Source: Salpingoeca rosetta (lineage: Eukaryota; Protista; Choanoflagellata). Taken from it: DNA of 64,000 nucleotides. A program made the position numbers and the translations under genes. The DNA is taken from the NCBI GenBank assembly GCA_033442325.1, contig JAWQFM010000011.1, positions 331,131-395,130 of the forward strand, written 5' to 3'. Under the pieces are notes generated by a model. The model saw nothing but the letters and a program-made list of their open reading frames with translations. It had not been told where the DNA came from and searched no databases. Below are positions 1 through 16,966 of this stretch, piece by piece (position 1 is the stretch's first letter; each line of letters opens with the position of its first letter).

Positions 1-327
1 GGTGGCAGCGCTGCCTTGCAAAAGGTGAAAGGGGACCAGCTTCTCGTGCAGGTGCTTGGCTGTCTGATGCAGGCCGCGCAGCATGAAGCCGTAGTGCCGG
101 ATGGTGGCGTCCAGGAACTTGGGCACCAGGCTGAAGACGACGACCAAGGGCACCCTTGCGCTGCGCGCCAGGGACCGGGCATACAGCAGGGCCCAGTTGT
201 CTTTTGCACGCTGGTCACGCGACATCCAGTACACCACGCACTTGCCTCCTTCGCGCAGCTCCTGCGTTGGCGTGATGGCCCGCACACGCTCCATCAAGAA
301 CCCTTCTCCGCCGCTAGGCAACCCCAT
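1..327 (-). CDS. phr: Class II CPD (deoxyribodipyrimidine) photolyase, 5' portion; runs off window start
   Basis: Manual minus-strand translation from ATG at 327 is open to base 1: MGLPSGGEGFLMERVRAIT...KCVVYWMSRDQRAKDNWALLYARSLA...VFSLVPKFLDATIRHYGFMLRGL. This matches the class II photolyase N-terminal signature. Not in the ORF track. An additional upstream exon cannot be excluded. Confidence 0.9.
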   Translation of the reverse strand, partial: MGLPSGGEGFLMERVRAITPTQELREGGKCVVYWMSRDQRAKDNWALLYARSLARSARVPLVVVFSLVPKFLDATIRHYGFMLRGLHQTAKHLHEKLVPFHLLQGSAAT

Positions 328-1054
328 GACGCTCTACGTGTGTCTCTGTGTGTCGTGTATGTGCGTGATGGTGCGTATGCGTCCGAATGTGTGTGCGTGT
401 GTGTGTGACGTGTATGTTTGTCTGTGAATGAAATTGAATGCATGTCGCGTTGCTCCGTGCGCGCGTGTGTGTGCGTGTGATGGAAGCGTGCAACAACTTC
501 GTGAACGTTGTTGTTGTCCGCTGTCATCATCATCAGCATGGTTGGTTGCAAGTTTGGGTGTTGGTTTTGCCAATTGCAGCATTGCACATTGGGGGTGACG
601 GCTATTATGTGATGATGTTCGCCATTTTTCCACCAGCACAACCACCCAAGGGAGAAAGTGTGTGATGCCAACAAGGCAGACGAAGATGGTGGTTGTTTGT
701 GTTGCTGCTGGGAGGTTGGTGGTGTTGTCGGTGGAGTGAGTGATCGAGTCGCCCTTCCCATCGCAGTCTCAAAGAGGATGATGTATCTGCGCGCGTACGT
801 GTGCGTGTGTGTGACAGTTGTGCACTTGCTTCCAACGGTGACGTGATTTGAGTGTCTTCCTCTGATTCACAGACGCGTACTTGTTGTTTTGTGTGTTTGT
901 GTGTGTGTTACTGTCCTGCTTGGTTGTTGCTTTTGTTTTGGTTTGATTGGCTGTGCTCCATTCTTTGTCGTCTCTGCTCCATCCGCTGGTTAACCAGAGC
1001 ACGCACGAAGCCCGATTTGTCACCTACACACACTTCGACTCAACAACACCAGTC

Positions 1055-5422
<4,368 letters not shown>

Positions 5423-6020
5423 ATGCAGTAGCTGTTGCAGATGCCCCGCGCCCGTGCTCACGCCAATGCTGCATGTGGACGTACTTGCGTTGTTGCTCGG
5501 TTGCTTGCTCACCTGCTGGTGGTGGTGATGTGCAAATCGTCCTGTGATACACGTCATGCCCTTGCCCCTACGACTGCCTCAGTCTACCATCATTGTCATG
5601 TCTTGTCACGTGCCGTGTGCTTTGGTCTTTGTTGCTGTTGTGGCCGCTGGTCTTTCTTGCCCGTTGCTTGTTCTCCTACATGGTTTGCTCTGCCACCACA
5701 CAAACACATGCGTTGTTCCACACGTACACGTGTGTGCGTGTGTGTTTGTGTGCGCGCTGGCATGTTCTACGTGACCGTGATTTCCGTTGTGTTTTCACTG
5801 CTGTTTTTCTTTCGTGCTGTTTCATTGTCGACATGCATACATCGTGCAAAGCTCAAACCTTGATCACAAATGGCAGGCGGGGCAAGCAGTTGTGAGACAG
5901 AACCAGAGGAAACAGACAAGGCAAACGGGGAAGGGAAGAGAACAGAGAAGAGAAACTGTGTACAGCACAGACACACACAGACAAACACACACACAGACAC
6001 AGACAAACACACACACACAG

Positions 6021-6031
6021 ACACAGACACA

Positions 6032-6070
<39 letters not shown>

Positions 6071-6076
6071 CGGCAT
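6021..6076. repeat. 56-bp direct repeat, left copy (putative target-site duplication)
   Basis: acacagacacag(ac)18agcggcat, identical to 6392-6447. Confidence 0.9.
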
Positions 6077-6391
6077 TTTTCCTCTCCCCAGCTTATCAGT
6101 AGCTGGCCGCATGACCCGGGGATCTTAATGTACCTTTCACGCCACGGGAAAGCTAAGACCTACACCTCGTGAATACCGTCTTAAGAAAACGTGTTTAGAG
6201 GTGGGTAACTCATCACCCGGGACATCAATAGCTCAGAAGCTTGGCGAGTGAGGGGCTGCGTAAGCAACAGGTGAGTTGCGAGAGATTTCCCACCTGCTTC
6301 GCCAGTTCCATCGATGTGCATTCAAAGGTCTCTACCTAGACCCTCAGATTCGGGTTGCCCTATGCATACCCGGGCATTAGTCACTTACCCT
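6077..6391 (-). mobile_element. 315-bp non-coding structured insert with 56-bp TSD and short A tail (SINE-like/retroposed structured RNA)
   Basis: Flanked by identical 56-bp repeats; no microsatellites inside; about 9 stems whose mismatches resolve as G-U only on the minus strand; minus-strand 3' end ...GGGGAGAGGAAAA. Confidence 0.7.
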
Positions 6392-6402
6392 ACACAGACA
6401 CA

Positions 6403-6441
<39 letters not shown>

Positions 6442-6447
6442 CGGCAT
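6392..6447. repeat. 56-bp direct repeat, right copy (putative target-site duplication)
   Basis: Identical to 6021-6076; separated by 1 nt from the CRELD stop codon (6449-6451). Confidence 0.9.
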
Positions 6448-6448
6448 G

Positions 6449-6640
6449 TCACAGCTCGTCGTGGCCTGGCGATTTCTTATCATCTCCCTCTTGTTGCGCT
6501 TCCGAGTCGTTGTCGTCGACACATGCGCCATCAACCTGAAGGAAATCACGTGGGCATGACGGGCAGTGAGCGAGGAGGCATTGCGTTCCACCCACACCCA
6601 CACCCACACACCCACACACCCACACACACACCCACACACA

Positions 6641-6703
<63 letters not shown>

Positions 6704-7666
6704 CCACACACACACACACACCCACACACACCCACACACCCACACGCGCGCGCGCGCGCACAACGCAAACAAGCATGCGCACAGCACGTACCTCGCGTGT
6801 GCCCTGAGGGCAAGTACAGTCGAAGGAACCTTGAGTATTGGTGCAAACCTTATTCCCCTCCGCACACACGCTATCGCCTTGCTCCTCGCACTCGTCAACA
6901 TCCGCGCAACCAGCACCATCGCCGCCCTTCATCCTGTAACCGGGAGCACACGCCCGGCAGGCGCCTGGCCCAGCACCGTCGCAGCCCGCGCTTGGATCGC
7001 ACGCCTCGTGACACACACGGCACTCAGACCAGCCGGGCCCGTTACGACAGTACTTGCCCGTCTCGCAGACCTTCATTCCCTCGGCGCACTCATCGATATC
7101 CACGCAGGTGGCGGTGCTGTCGCCCTCCGTCTCCCTGCGGTGCCCGCGTGCACACTCGTGGCAGTCGGAGGCAGTTCCACCAGTGCACCCACGCATGCGA
7201 TCACACGCAACGTGGCACGAGCGGCAGGTGTAGTTGCCCGGCGTGTTGTGGCAGTACTGGTCGCCTGCGCACTTGAACGTCCCGGCTGCACACTCGTCCA
7301 CGTCCACACACCCGTTGCCTTCCTCGTACACATAGCCCTCGGCGCACTGCACGTACGAGAGGAGGGGGGGGGGCAAACAAGGTGCGCACGAGATGTGTGT
7401 GTGTGTGTGTGCATGTGCGTGCGTGTGTGGGTGTGTGTGTACATGTGTGTGTGAGTGTGTGTGTGTGAGTATGTGTGTGTACATGAATGTGTGTGTGTGA
7501 GTATGTGTGTACATGAATGTGTGTGTGTGAATGCAAGTGTCAATCGAGCAGACGAGGTGGGGTGCCACCATCAGTGGCGTGCTTGATGAGTAGCGCAAAA
7601 GCCAGATAGACAGGGAGCAAAGACACGCAAGTGCATACACGCACACGCACACACACACACACATCC

Positions 7667-7702
<36 letters not shown>

Positions 7703-9134
7703 CATGAACACACGCAACCACACATTATGCAGCACAAAACGACGTACAATCAGAATACACAATATGCACGCGATACCTTTGTGCAGGAGGAGGTGCCAGG
7801 GCCCGTGCAGGCTGTGCAAGCTGGGTTGCACTTGAGGCATGTGATGGCATTGGTTGTGGTGCTGCTGCTGTCCTCATCGCCGTTTGCTTCGTCCACGGCG
7901 TAGAAGCCCTTCTTGCACTTGTTGCAGCTCTTGCCCTTGTAGCCAGTGTGGCACGTGCACTTGCCGCTGCCGCTTGTGGTCCCTTCTCCCTTGCACCGCC
8001 CGTGTCCACTGCAAGGGTTCTCAGCGCCGCCAGGGCACGGCTTGCACTTGGGCCCGTACCGACCGTTCGGGCAGCATACGCGCAGCGCTTTCTCGCACAC
8101 CATCTCTCGCAGCGTATCCTCCGCGTCGCCATCCTTGGTCACATCTCTACAACGTGTGTGTGTGTGTGTGAGTGAGTGAGTGTGTGTGTGTGTGTGTGTG
8201 AGTGTGAGTGAGTGAGTGAGTGAGTGAGTGAGTGTGTGTGTGAGTGAGTGAGTGAGTGTGTGTGTGTGTGTGTGTGTGAGTGAGTGAGTGTGTGTGTGTG
8301 TGTAAGTGTGTGTGTGTGTGTGTGAGTGAGTGAGTGTGTGTGTGTGTGAGTGTGTAAGTGTGTGTGTGAGTGAGTGAGTGTGTGTGTGTGTGTGTGTAAG
8401 TGTGTGTGTGAGTGAGTGAGTGTGTGAGTGAGTGAGTGTGCGAGTGTGCGAGTGTGCAAGGCGTAAACAGCAAACAGCAGTCAGTTGAGTCACCAGCGCG
8501 CACGCCAATGAACATCATAAACACGTACATACACATATGCACTAGGACGCACCTGTCATACCACCAGTCTTCAATGGTCTCCTCTGCCTGTTCCAGCTGC
8601 ATATGGCAGCTGTGGTCTTTGGACGATTCACACGTGTCCTCCAGAATCTCCTGCAAGCGCGTCTCACTGCACAGAATGGCAATGCACGCCATACATGGGG
8701 GCAGGAGGAAGGTTACCGCGAGCGAACGTGGCGCAAACGCAAACAACAACAGCAGGAGCGAAAGGCAGCAGCGAAAGGCAGCAGCGAAAGGCAGCCGTGC
8801 AAGCAATGGGTGCCTCTTCTGCTTCTCCTTCCCTCCCTACCTCCTCCTCCCCTCGCCGCTCCCCCCCCCCCCCACAAACACCCACATGTGCCAACCTTGT
8901 GGCGTATGCGCCAAGGGACCTCTCCTCCCAGTCGGTGTTGCCACCGCCAAAGCCGTCCGCCTTTGTCCTGTCCATGCCCTTGACGAACCGCGACACGAGC
9001 GACTTGCACGTATGGCACTTTGCATCCGCTCGCACACCTTCAAGACCACACGCCAGCAACAGCGCCAACACCACCACTGCCGCGCCTCCAATCCTGCTCC
9101 TGCACCCTCTCCTCGGCATCATCACCATCACCAT
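6449..9134 (-). CDS. CRELD: CRELD-family protein (cysteine-rich with EGF-like domains), soluble ER form ending HDEL
   Basis: Exons 9134-8896, 8666-8553, 8146-7777, 7346-6792, 6535-6449. Signal peptide, CHTC, FGGGNTDWEERSLGAYATSETRLQEILE (WE domain), CCPNGRYGPKCKPCPGG, three C.D(V/I)DEC cbEGF repeats alternating with furin-like repeats, ...PGHDEL*. Start Met ambiguous among MVMVMM. Confidence 0.93.
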
Positions 9135-9459
9135 CGTCCCTGCTCGCAGTGTGTGCTGACGTGGCCACGTCCGGAAAATGCCAGAGCGTTTCGCTGCTTT
9201 TTGTTGTTTGTTTTGGGGGCAAGTGTTGCGTGTTTGTTGTGCTGTTGTGGATGAAGACAGCGTGCTCTCATGACAGGGCTGCTTTGCTTGTTCCTCTCCA
9301 CGCTCTTCTATCTCCCTCCCCTGTCTCCCTACTTCCCGTACACCCTCCCATGCCCCCCCTCCCACCCGTCTCCCCATTTCACCCCTTTGCTCTTTGAATA
9401 AAGTATGTATGTATGTATGCACAACGCAAGCAGTGTTGATCCATCCATCATCTAATCAT

Positions 9460-10221
9460 CTACAAGGCGTCTTGGTAGAGGGAAATGAGGTCTGTGTTTG
9501 GGTTGAGGGAGAGGCCCGTGAAGGGGCACCTGTTGTTGGCATCACGCACAGCTTGCACAGCACACGCGTAGCAGCACATCAGCCCAGCCGTCGGTACAAC
9601 ACACGGCGCACGCACGGGCTCTCGTTCACACAGCGCGCAGCGGTTCATGACAGCTGCCGCCTTGGACACCTCCGCTCGACACACGGTTGCATGCGGGCTG
9701 GGCATGCAGTCGTCATGCTCATCATGATGGTGTCCCTCATCAACATCGCCACCACCACCTCCTCCTCTTCCGCTGCTGTCGGACTGACCAGGGCCACTTC
9801 CCTCCGCCCCGCCATCATAACCGTCATCATCACCACCACCACCATCACCACCACCATCATCATCGTCATCACCATCGTCTGTGACGCCCAGTAGGGCGCC
9901 GAGGAACGAGGGCCGGCGGTCGTGGTGCTCGTCACCTCCATCGCCCAACGCAGCATCATCGCCGCCCCCTTCGTTTTGTTGCTGCTGGTCTTGTCGCTGT
10001 TGTAGCCAAGACACGATACGCGGGAGTGCACTGATGGCAAGCGACGGAAGAGCAGCAAACACGGTGGACGCCGCCATGGAGAGGAACTGGCGGGCCGGTG
10101 AAGATGACTGCAGCAGCTGTGCTCGCTGCTGCTCTGCAATCCACGCCTCTAGCTCTTGCCGCGACATTGTCGTGGCCACTGCAGAGGTGGCTGCGACGTC
10201 TGGCGATAGCGAGCTTGTTGT

Positions 10222-10253
<32 letters not shown>

Positions 10254-11415
10254 GTGCTGCTGTTGTTGTTGCGGTGGCTGCTGTGTCCATTCCCGTGAGT
10301 GACATCCTCGATGACTCCGACTCCGACCACGATGCAGTACTGGCCACGTGCGGGGGGCCGCCTTGGACAATGCTGGTGGTGGCTGCATCTGTGATGCCAG
10401 CAGAGAAGAGCATGGCGTCAACGGACGTGAAGGACCGCAGCTGAAGCCCCGAGGCCACGAGCGCCGCAAGCTCAACCGCATCCCGGATGCCTGCAAGCAC
10501 TGGGGAGTCCTCTTCCCACGTGCGCAGCCACGCGCGAAATGCTGCAGCTGCAACGGCGGTGGCGCGGTCACCAGCGCGGTTGCACACGGAGTAGAGCGGT
10601 GACAACGCTCGCGCGGGCCACGCCGACATGAGGCGCGGAAGAGACGATGCCGCCACTGGAGCCAGCTCGGAGAACGGGTGTCGTTTCAAGCCAAGACACA
10701 CCTCTTCTGGAAACGAGCCCATGTAAAGCACGGTTGCCACATCGGCAGCAAACAGGAGGAACGACGCATACTGGGAAGCAGACACGGCCGACTCGGCAAC
10801 GCTGCCATCACGCACGCCACTGCCGAGGACGCGCCGCAGGGTGCTGGCCAGCAGCTGACGCAGTCGCGCACGCACCAGCCTGAGTAGCCTGGCTAATCTT
10901 GACAGGATTCGTGGTGCTGCGTTGGTCGAAGCAGATGTGGTGCCATCGGGCCGTATCCGCTCTGCTGTTGGAGACGACATGTTTGCTGCTGATTCCACGC
11001 CCTCCCCTTCCTCGTCCGCGTGGAGTTGGGCCACCACGAGGTCCCTCAGCCGGCGCAGCGCCCTGATCATGGCACCAATGCCACGAAGCAAGGCCCGCAG
11101 GGCAACAACCATCAGCGGCAAGCTCTCCTCAGCTCCTGGCTCTGCATGATGACGTGTTTGGTTGGACGACGAGGTTGGCTGATTTTCAACGCCAACCGCT
11201 GTTGCGGCAGCGTCCAGTGCTTGCGCGGTTTCCTCTGCCGCAGCCACTGTATCGATTGCCATTTGGACGAGGTGGGTCAGCGCAGGGTGCAGCAGCCGAT
11301 GCAGTGCCTGTGCGTGGCCCACCATGCCAACAGAGACCCGCGTCGCCAGTCGTTCATGCCGCCGCACAGCAGCGTCCACCAACTCGCTCCGCCATCCACC
11401 ACGACCGCTCCTCAT
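9460..11415 (-). CDS. PEX12: Pex12-like peroxisomal RING peroxin (single exon, 651 aa)
   Basis: C-terminal degenerate RING CALC...PTAGLMCCYACAVQAVRDANNRCPFTG...LISLY typical of Pex12. N-terminal LHRLLHPALTHLVQM resembles the Pex2/Pex12 N-domain start. Middle region divergent. Confidence 0.72.
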
Positions 11416-12177
11416 CTTTGCTTCACTTCTTCTCCTTGCTTGCCCTCCTCAAGGCAAGTTTGCCTTGATGCTTTTTTTGGCGCCCTCAAAGTCAATTTTG
11501 CCTTTGCCGTTTTGTGTGCCGTTTCCCCTCTTCCCCTTTTCTTCTGCTTTTGCTTCTTCTGGCCAGCCCGCCCGCCAACTCGCGAACCAAAGAGTCTTTG
11601 GTGTGTTTGCTTGCTTGCTGCTGGGTTGCCCTTATTGTGATCCAAGTGCGCGGCCAAGCCACAGCACCTCAAGCCTCAAGGGTAAGTCTGCATGCACACG
11701 CGCGCGCACACGCTGCAGCACAAAGCCATTACTGCATGCTGCCTGAATGGTTGTTCAGTGAACCGAATCAAATCCATGTCACATCACAACACATCCATCC
11801 ATCCATCCAATGATGACAAATTGAGGCGCGCTTTTTTGTGGTTTTCTGATGGGTCGCTTGGTCCTCGTCACAACACCACCACGCACTCGAGTTGTTCGTG
11901 TGTCGGTTACCGGGATCAACGCGGGTAGACAGAGAGAATGCGTGTGCTTTTACCTGCGGCAGACTTGAAGTAGATTCACATAACCAAGTGGACTCCGCAC
12001 GCGCGCGAATCTGCGTGCACTCTGCCGTCATCACTCACGCACCTGCATGTTCATGTTGTTGTTGCTGTTGTGCCATCATCACAGGCCACAGTGAACGGCA
12101 AGCCGAAGGACTCACTGGGATTAGCCACGCACACACGCACGCATACGCACACGCACACGCACACGCACAGAAGCAGC

Positions 12178-13559
12178 ATGCCTAGGACAACACCGTCACG
12201 AGGCAAGAAGCCCGTGCATGTGGACGAAGAGAAGCTTAAGCACATCCCATACACCAAAGGTAGGTTGGAGAAGCGTGCGTGTGTGTGTGTGTGTATGAGG
12301 GAGGGAGGCTGGCAGGATTAGGCAGGTGACTGTTGGACAACGTCAGCTTGTTTACTCGATGGTGCCGCTGACGTGTGCATTCACCTGCGTGTGTTACAGC
12401 GCGGGCCACGGCGCTCTTGGATGACATCTGCGCCACCAAAGAAGACGGCCGTGATATCATCGATGTACGTGTCCAGCAGTGTGTGTGTGTGTGTGGTGGG
12501 TGGTTGATCCGCTTCCTGCCTGCCCATCTATGCACTTGTGTCCGTGAAGCCACACCTCAACCAACGCCACTGTTTGTCGCTCATGTGCTTGACGCAGGTC
12601 TTCTACAAGCTACCGACAAAGAAGGAGTTGCCCGTGTACTACGATGTCATCTCCAAGCCAGTGGACATGGCCATGCTTCAGCAGCGTGTCAAGAAGGGTT
12701 GGTACACCAGCTTCAGTGATGTCTACGCACACCTCAAGCTCATGGTCCAGAATGCTTTTGAATTCAACGACCCAGCGTCAGAGGTGCGCGAACTATGCAA
12801 ACACGTGTGTGTGTGTGCGTGAGTGAGTGAGTGAGTGAGTGTGTGTGTGTGCCTTCAAATCACTCTAACGTGGCTCCACTGTCCTGCTGTACCCTCCATG
12901 CAAACACACACACACACACACACCACGCGAACATGTGCAGGTGTACGCGGACGCTGTTATCCTGCAGCGGGCCATTGCGGCGGCTGTGTCTGCGTTGATC
13001 AAGGAGGGCGGGTCGCCAACAACCGCCGACAAAAAGCACCTCCCCGTGCCCGCAAACCCAAAGCCAACACCCACGCGCACAAGCTCGCGCCAACGCAAGC
13101 CGAAGCGCCTTGGCGCCGACGAAGTGTCGAGTCCAGGCAAGGCCCGCGCAGAGGCTGCTGCCCACAGCGCCGCACCCACGCCATCATCAGCTGAGCCATC
13201 GTCATCGTCATCATCATCATCATCAGCAGCAGCAACAGCAGCAGCGGCATTGAAGTCTGGCTCCGGCAGCACACGCGCCTCCAAGTCATCAACATCGTCG
13301 GCGTCAGCAGCTCAACCGTCGTCCCTTGCCAGCGAATTCGAATCTGTCATCAAGACTGTGTACGTGGTGCAGCCGGCGTGTGTGTATTTGTGTGTATTTG
13401 TGTGTATTTGTGTGTATTTGTGTGTCTTTTCGTGTGATTTGCAGTGTGCATCTGCGCGTGTGTGTATGTGTGCACATGGGTGCGCGCGTATTCTGCCTGC
13501 CTGCATATCCTTGTCCTTGTCTCTGTCTGTCTCTCTGTCTCTCTGTCTCTCTGTCTCTG

Positions 13560-13623
<64 letters not shown>

Positions 13624-16600
13624 CGGAATGCATCCTGCTGCGTGTTGCTGCGCTGCAACCTCCCCCCTCGCGCACACACACACACTCTCTCTCTGCAGGA
13701 CGTTGGCGCGAAAGGGCAACAGACGCCTTGCAGACATGTTCTTTGAGCTCCCAACAAAGTACGCGCTGTACTCTGTTTGTGTGCATGTGTGTGTGTGTGT
13801 GTGTGTGTGCGTGCGCTCTGTGTTGGTGCATATGAGTGTTTCTGTTTGCGCGCCTTGCTTGCCCTTCAATTTCGTTGCCGTCGTACTCACCCCGCACCAC
13901 CCATGCACATATGTGTGAGCAGGAAGGACCTGCCGGAATATTACGAAGTAATCTCCAAACCAATGGACATCAACACAATCCAGGAGGTGTGTGGGTGCCC
14001 ATGTGATCGTGTCATTGCTTGGTTTGTGCCGACCAAGACTTGTGCGCGCCACCCGCCATCACCCAGCTCACCACACACATACACACACACACTCTCTCTC
14101 TCCTTTTTTCTTGTTTTTCCTGTTCTTGTTCTTCCTGTTCTGTCAGCGCGTCCGCCGCGGGAAAGTGGCATCTCTGCAGCAGCTGCACGACCTCTTTGAT
14201 CTCATGTTCGAGAACGCAAAGACATTCAACGAAGACGTGCGTGAATCCGTCTGCCCTGTGGCCCTGCGCTGTCATATTCGCACCTAATGACTCGTGTGCG
14301 TGCGTGTCTGTGTCTGTGTCTGTGTCTGTGTCTGTATGTGTGAGCTGGCTTGTAGTGCCTGACGCACACACGCGCAAGTGCCTTCTCGTCGTGTACTCTG
14401 CCTGACTTCACTTCCTATCTCACCACATGTCATACACAACACCCCAATATGCACACACGCCGCGCAGGACTCGCAAATCCACAAGGACGCGGTGTATCTG
14501 CAAGGCGTTGTGCAGCGCGCCATTGAGCGGCTGATTGCAAAGACGGAGCCAAAAGGTGCGAGAGTCAAGTGTCAGTGTGCTGCTTGCAAGTTTGCCGTTT
14601 CATCATTTTGGGTTTTTCGTTGGAAGTTGTTCGCTTCCACACACGTACACAAACGCATGCACTCACGCACATGCGCATTCACGCGCACGTGCACGTGCAA
14701 AACCACATCAACACACAACAAATGCATGCGAAAACTCAACCACGCCGCCAACACGTGCTGTGCACCATTGCCACGGCTGCGTGACGTTGCAGTCAAGCGG
14801 GAGGCGCGGACGAGCGAATCGCCGCCGAGCAAGCGCGCAAAGGCGGGTGAGGGCGACAAGAGCAAGGCCAAGACAAAGACGCCAGGGAAGGACAGGGAGA
14901 AGGACAGGGGGAAGGACAAGGACAAGGGGACCAGTAAGACGCCTGGCAAGGATAGGCCGAAAGGAAAGGAGACTGGTGGAAAGGCGTCGCTGAAGATTAA
15001 GCTCAAGACGCTAAGTGGCAAGCAGGCCGACAAGGACAAGCACACCCCAGACCTTAAGGTAGTGCCGCAGCTACGGCATGTGTGCCTGCCTGTGTTTGTG
15101 TGTGTGTGTGTGGGGGGGGGGTCTCATGTAGTAGCAGTGTCAGCACGCTGCCCGCTTCAATGCTCATTATGGCTCAATCTCAGCATTCACTCACTCACAC
15201 TCACACACATACACTCACGCGTACCACCCCCAACACACACACACACACACACATCACACATGCACACACATGCACACACATGTACGTGTTCAGCTGAAGC
15301 TCAAGATGTCCAAGGGCAGAGGCAGCAGCAGCAGCAGCAGCAGCAGCGCGACGCCTGCGAAGTCCGCAAAGAAGCTGTCGACGCAAGACAAGTGCAAACT
15401 TGTTTATGACACCGTGCACGATGCAACATCCGACGATGATGAGAAGCGACAGCTCTCAGAGGTGCTGCTGCGCAAGGCGAAGGGGATCGGGAGGAGGAAA
15501 GGGATGGAGAGGGGTTGAATGTGGGATTGTCGGCGTGTGCAGTCTACATCATGTAACGTGCTTGAGTCCTTGTGTGTATTTGCGCGTGTGTCTGTGCGCG
15601 TATGTTTGGTGTTTAAGCCCATGCGTATGGTGTCTGGTTGCTTTTCTTCGTCAGCTGTTTACTTCGCCGCGTGTTGGCTCATTGCTCACACGTGCGGCAC
15701 TGCACCCCTCTGCACCACAGATCTTCCTTGAGCTTCCGCCCAAGGACACGCCCATGTACTACGATACCATCTCAAAGCCAATCTGCCTGCTCGACATCAA
15801 GGTGTGCCACGGAGCAGTTCCGTGCTCGTGCTTGCGCCTCATCAAGCGTTGCCGTCGGCACGCGTGTGATTCTGACACTTTGGACACTTTGAAAGATTTT
15901 GACGTGTTGTCTGCTTGTCTTTGGTTGTAAGTGCCGCGATGACACACTGCTGACCACATTCCTATTACCCTGTGTTCATGCCACTGCAGTCGAAGCTCAA
16001 GGCACACAAGTACAAGACGCTTGACCAGTGCATTGCCGACTTCAAGCTCATGTTCGACAACGCAAAGGAGTACAACGAGCCCGGTTCAGACGTCTACGAG
16101 GTGCGTTGCATGCTCTGGGCGAATGCGTGTTTGCAAGTGTGGGTGTGGGTGCGGGTGCGGGTGCGTGTGCGGGTGTGTGTGTGTGCGGCCGGGGGGGGGT
16201 TGGGTTGGCTGATTGGTTGTTGCTTCCCTTGCTGTTCCTCACACACTGCCTCTCGCCTGTGCCTCGCCCCTCCACCAAATTAGGATGCGGAAGTACTGTG
16301 GAAGCTCGTGCAGAAGACAGCCAAATCGCTCCAATCGCCACCGCCGGACACACAAACGCCGCAGCGGTAAGCCCGCACTCGCACCACACCGACACCGCTC
16401 ACGCTCACGCCAAACACATTCTCACTCAGCTCCACAAACATGTTTGTTCTTTCGCGCGCACACTCACACACTCACGCACTCACACACTCGCACACGTGCG
16501 TGTGCAATAACAGCCGCCCGTCTGAGAAGACAAAGACGCCCTCGACCTCAACCCCGGCAGCAGCATCAACGTCGGCATCCAAGGCTTCACACAGCCTTCC

Positions 16601-16904
16601 TCGAGAGTGAGTGCGTGCTGCACTGCTGTGGCGTGCTGGCTGCGCTGCTGATACTTGCAGTCGCATTGTGAGCGCTTATTCGCCATTCAAAACGCGTATA
16701 TGCCTGTGCGCGCTCGTGTGCTCTTGTGCTCTTGTGCCTGCAGTGCGGATGCGTTGCGGGATGTTCTTGGGACAGGACAGCGGCCGGCAGAGAACAAGGG
16801 CCACACTGTCCGCAAGGTGAGCACGCCACCTCCATGCACCCGCACACGCGCACAAGCATGCGTACACAGGCGCGCGCACACATGTATCTCTATGCACACA
16901 CACG

Positions 16905-16966
<62 letters not shown>

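Noticed and set aside
6092-6270. Plus-strand cassette exon inside the insert (ttttcctctccccag...cag|gtgagt)
   Set aside because: Lies downstream of the GDI stop, no coherent reading frame, and structural asymmetry points to the minus strand
6077-6391. Identity as tRNA-SINE, 7SL, RNase P/MRP, telomerase RNA, hammerhead, HDV or twister ribozyme
   Set aside because: No A/B boxes, Alu-domain start, P4 motifs or telomeric template; GTGATGAG lacks the C of the CUGANGA core; no HDV or twister topology found by eye
6449-6451. Selenocysteine read-through of the CRELD TGA using the insert as a SECIS
   Set aside because: HDEL must be terminal to function, read-through enters (GT)n, and no AUGA/AA/GA SECIS core was recognised
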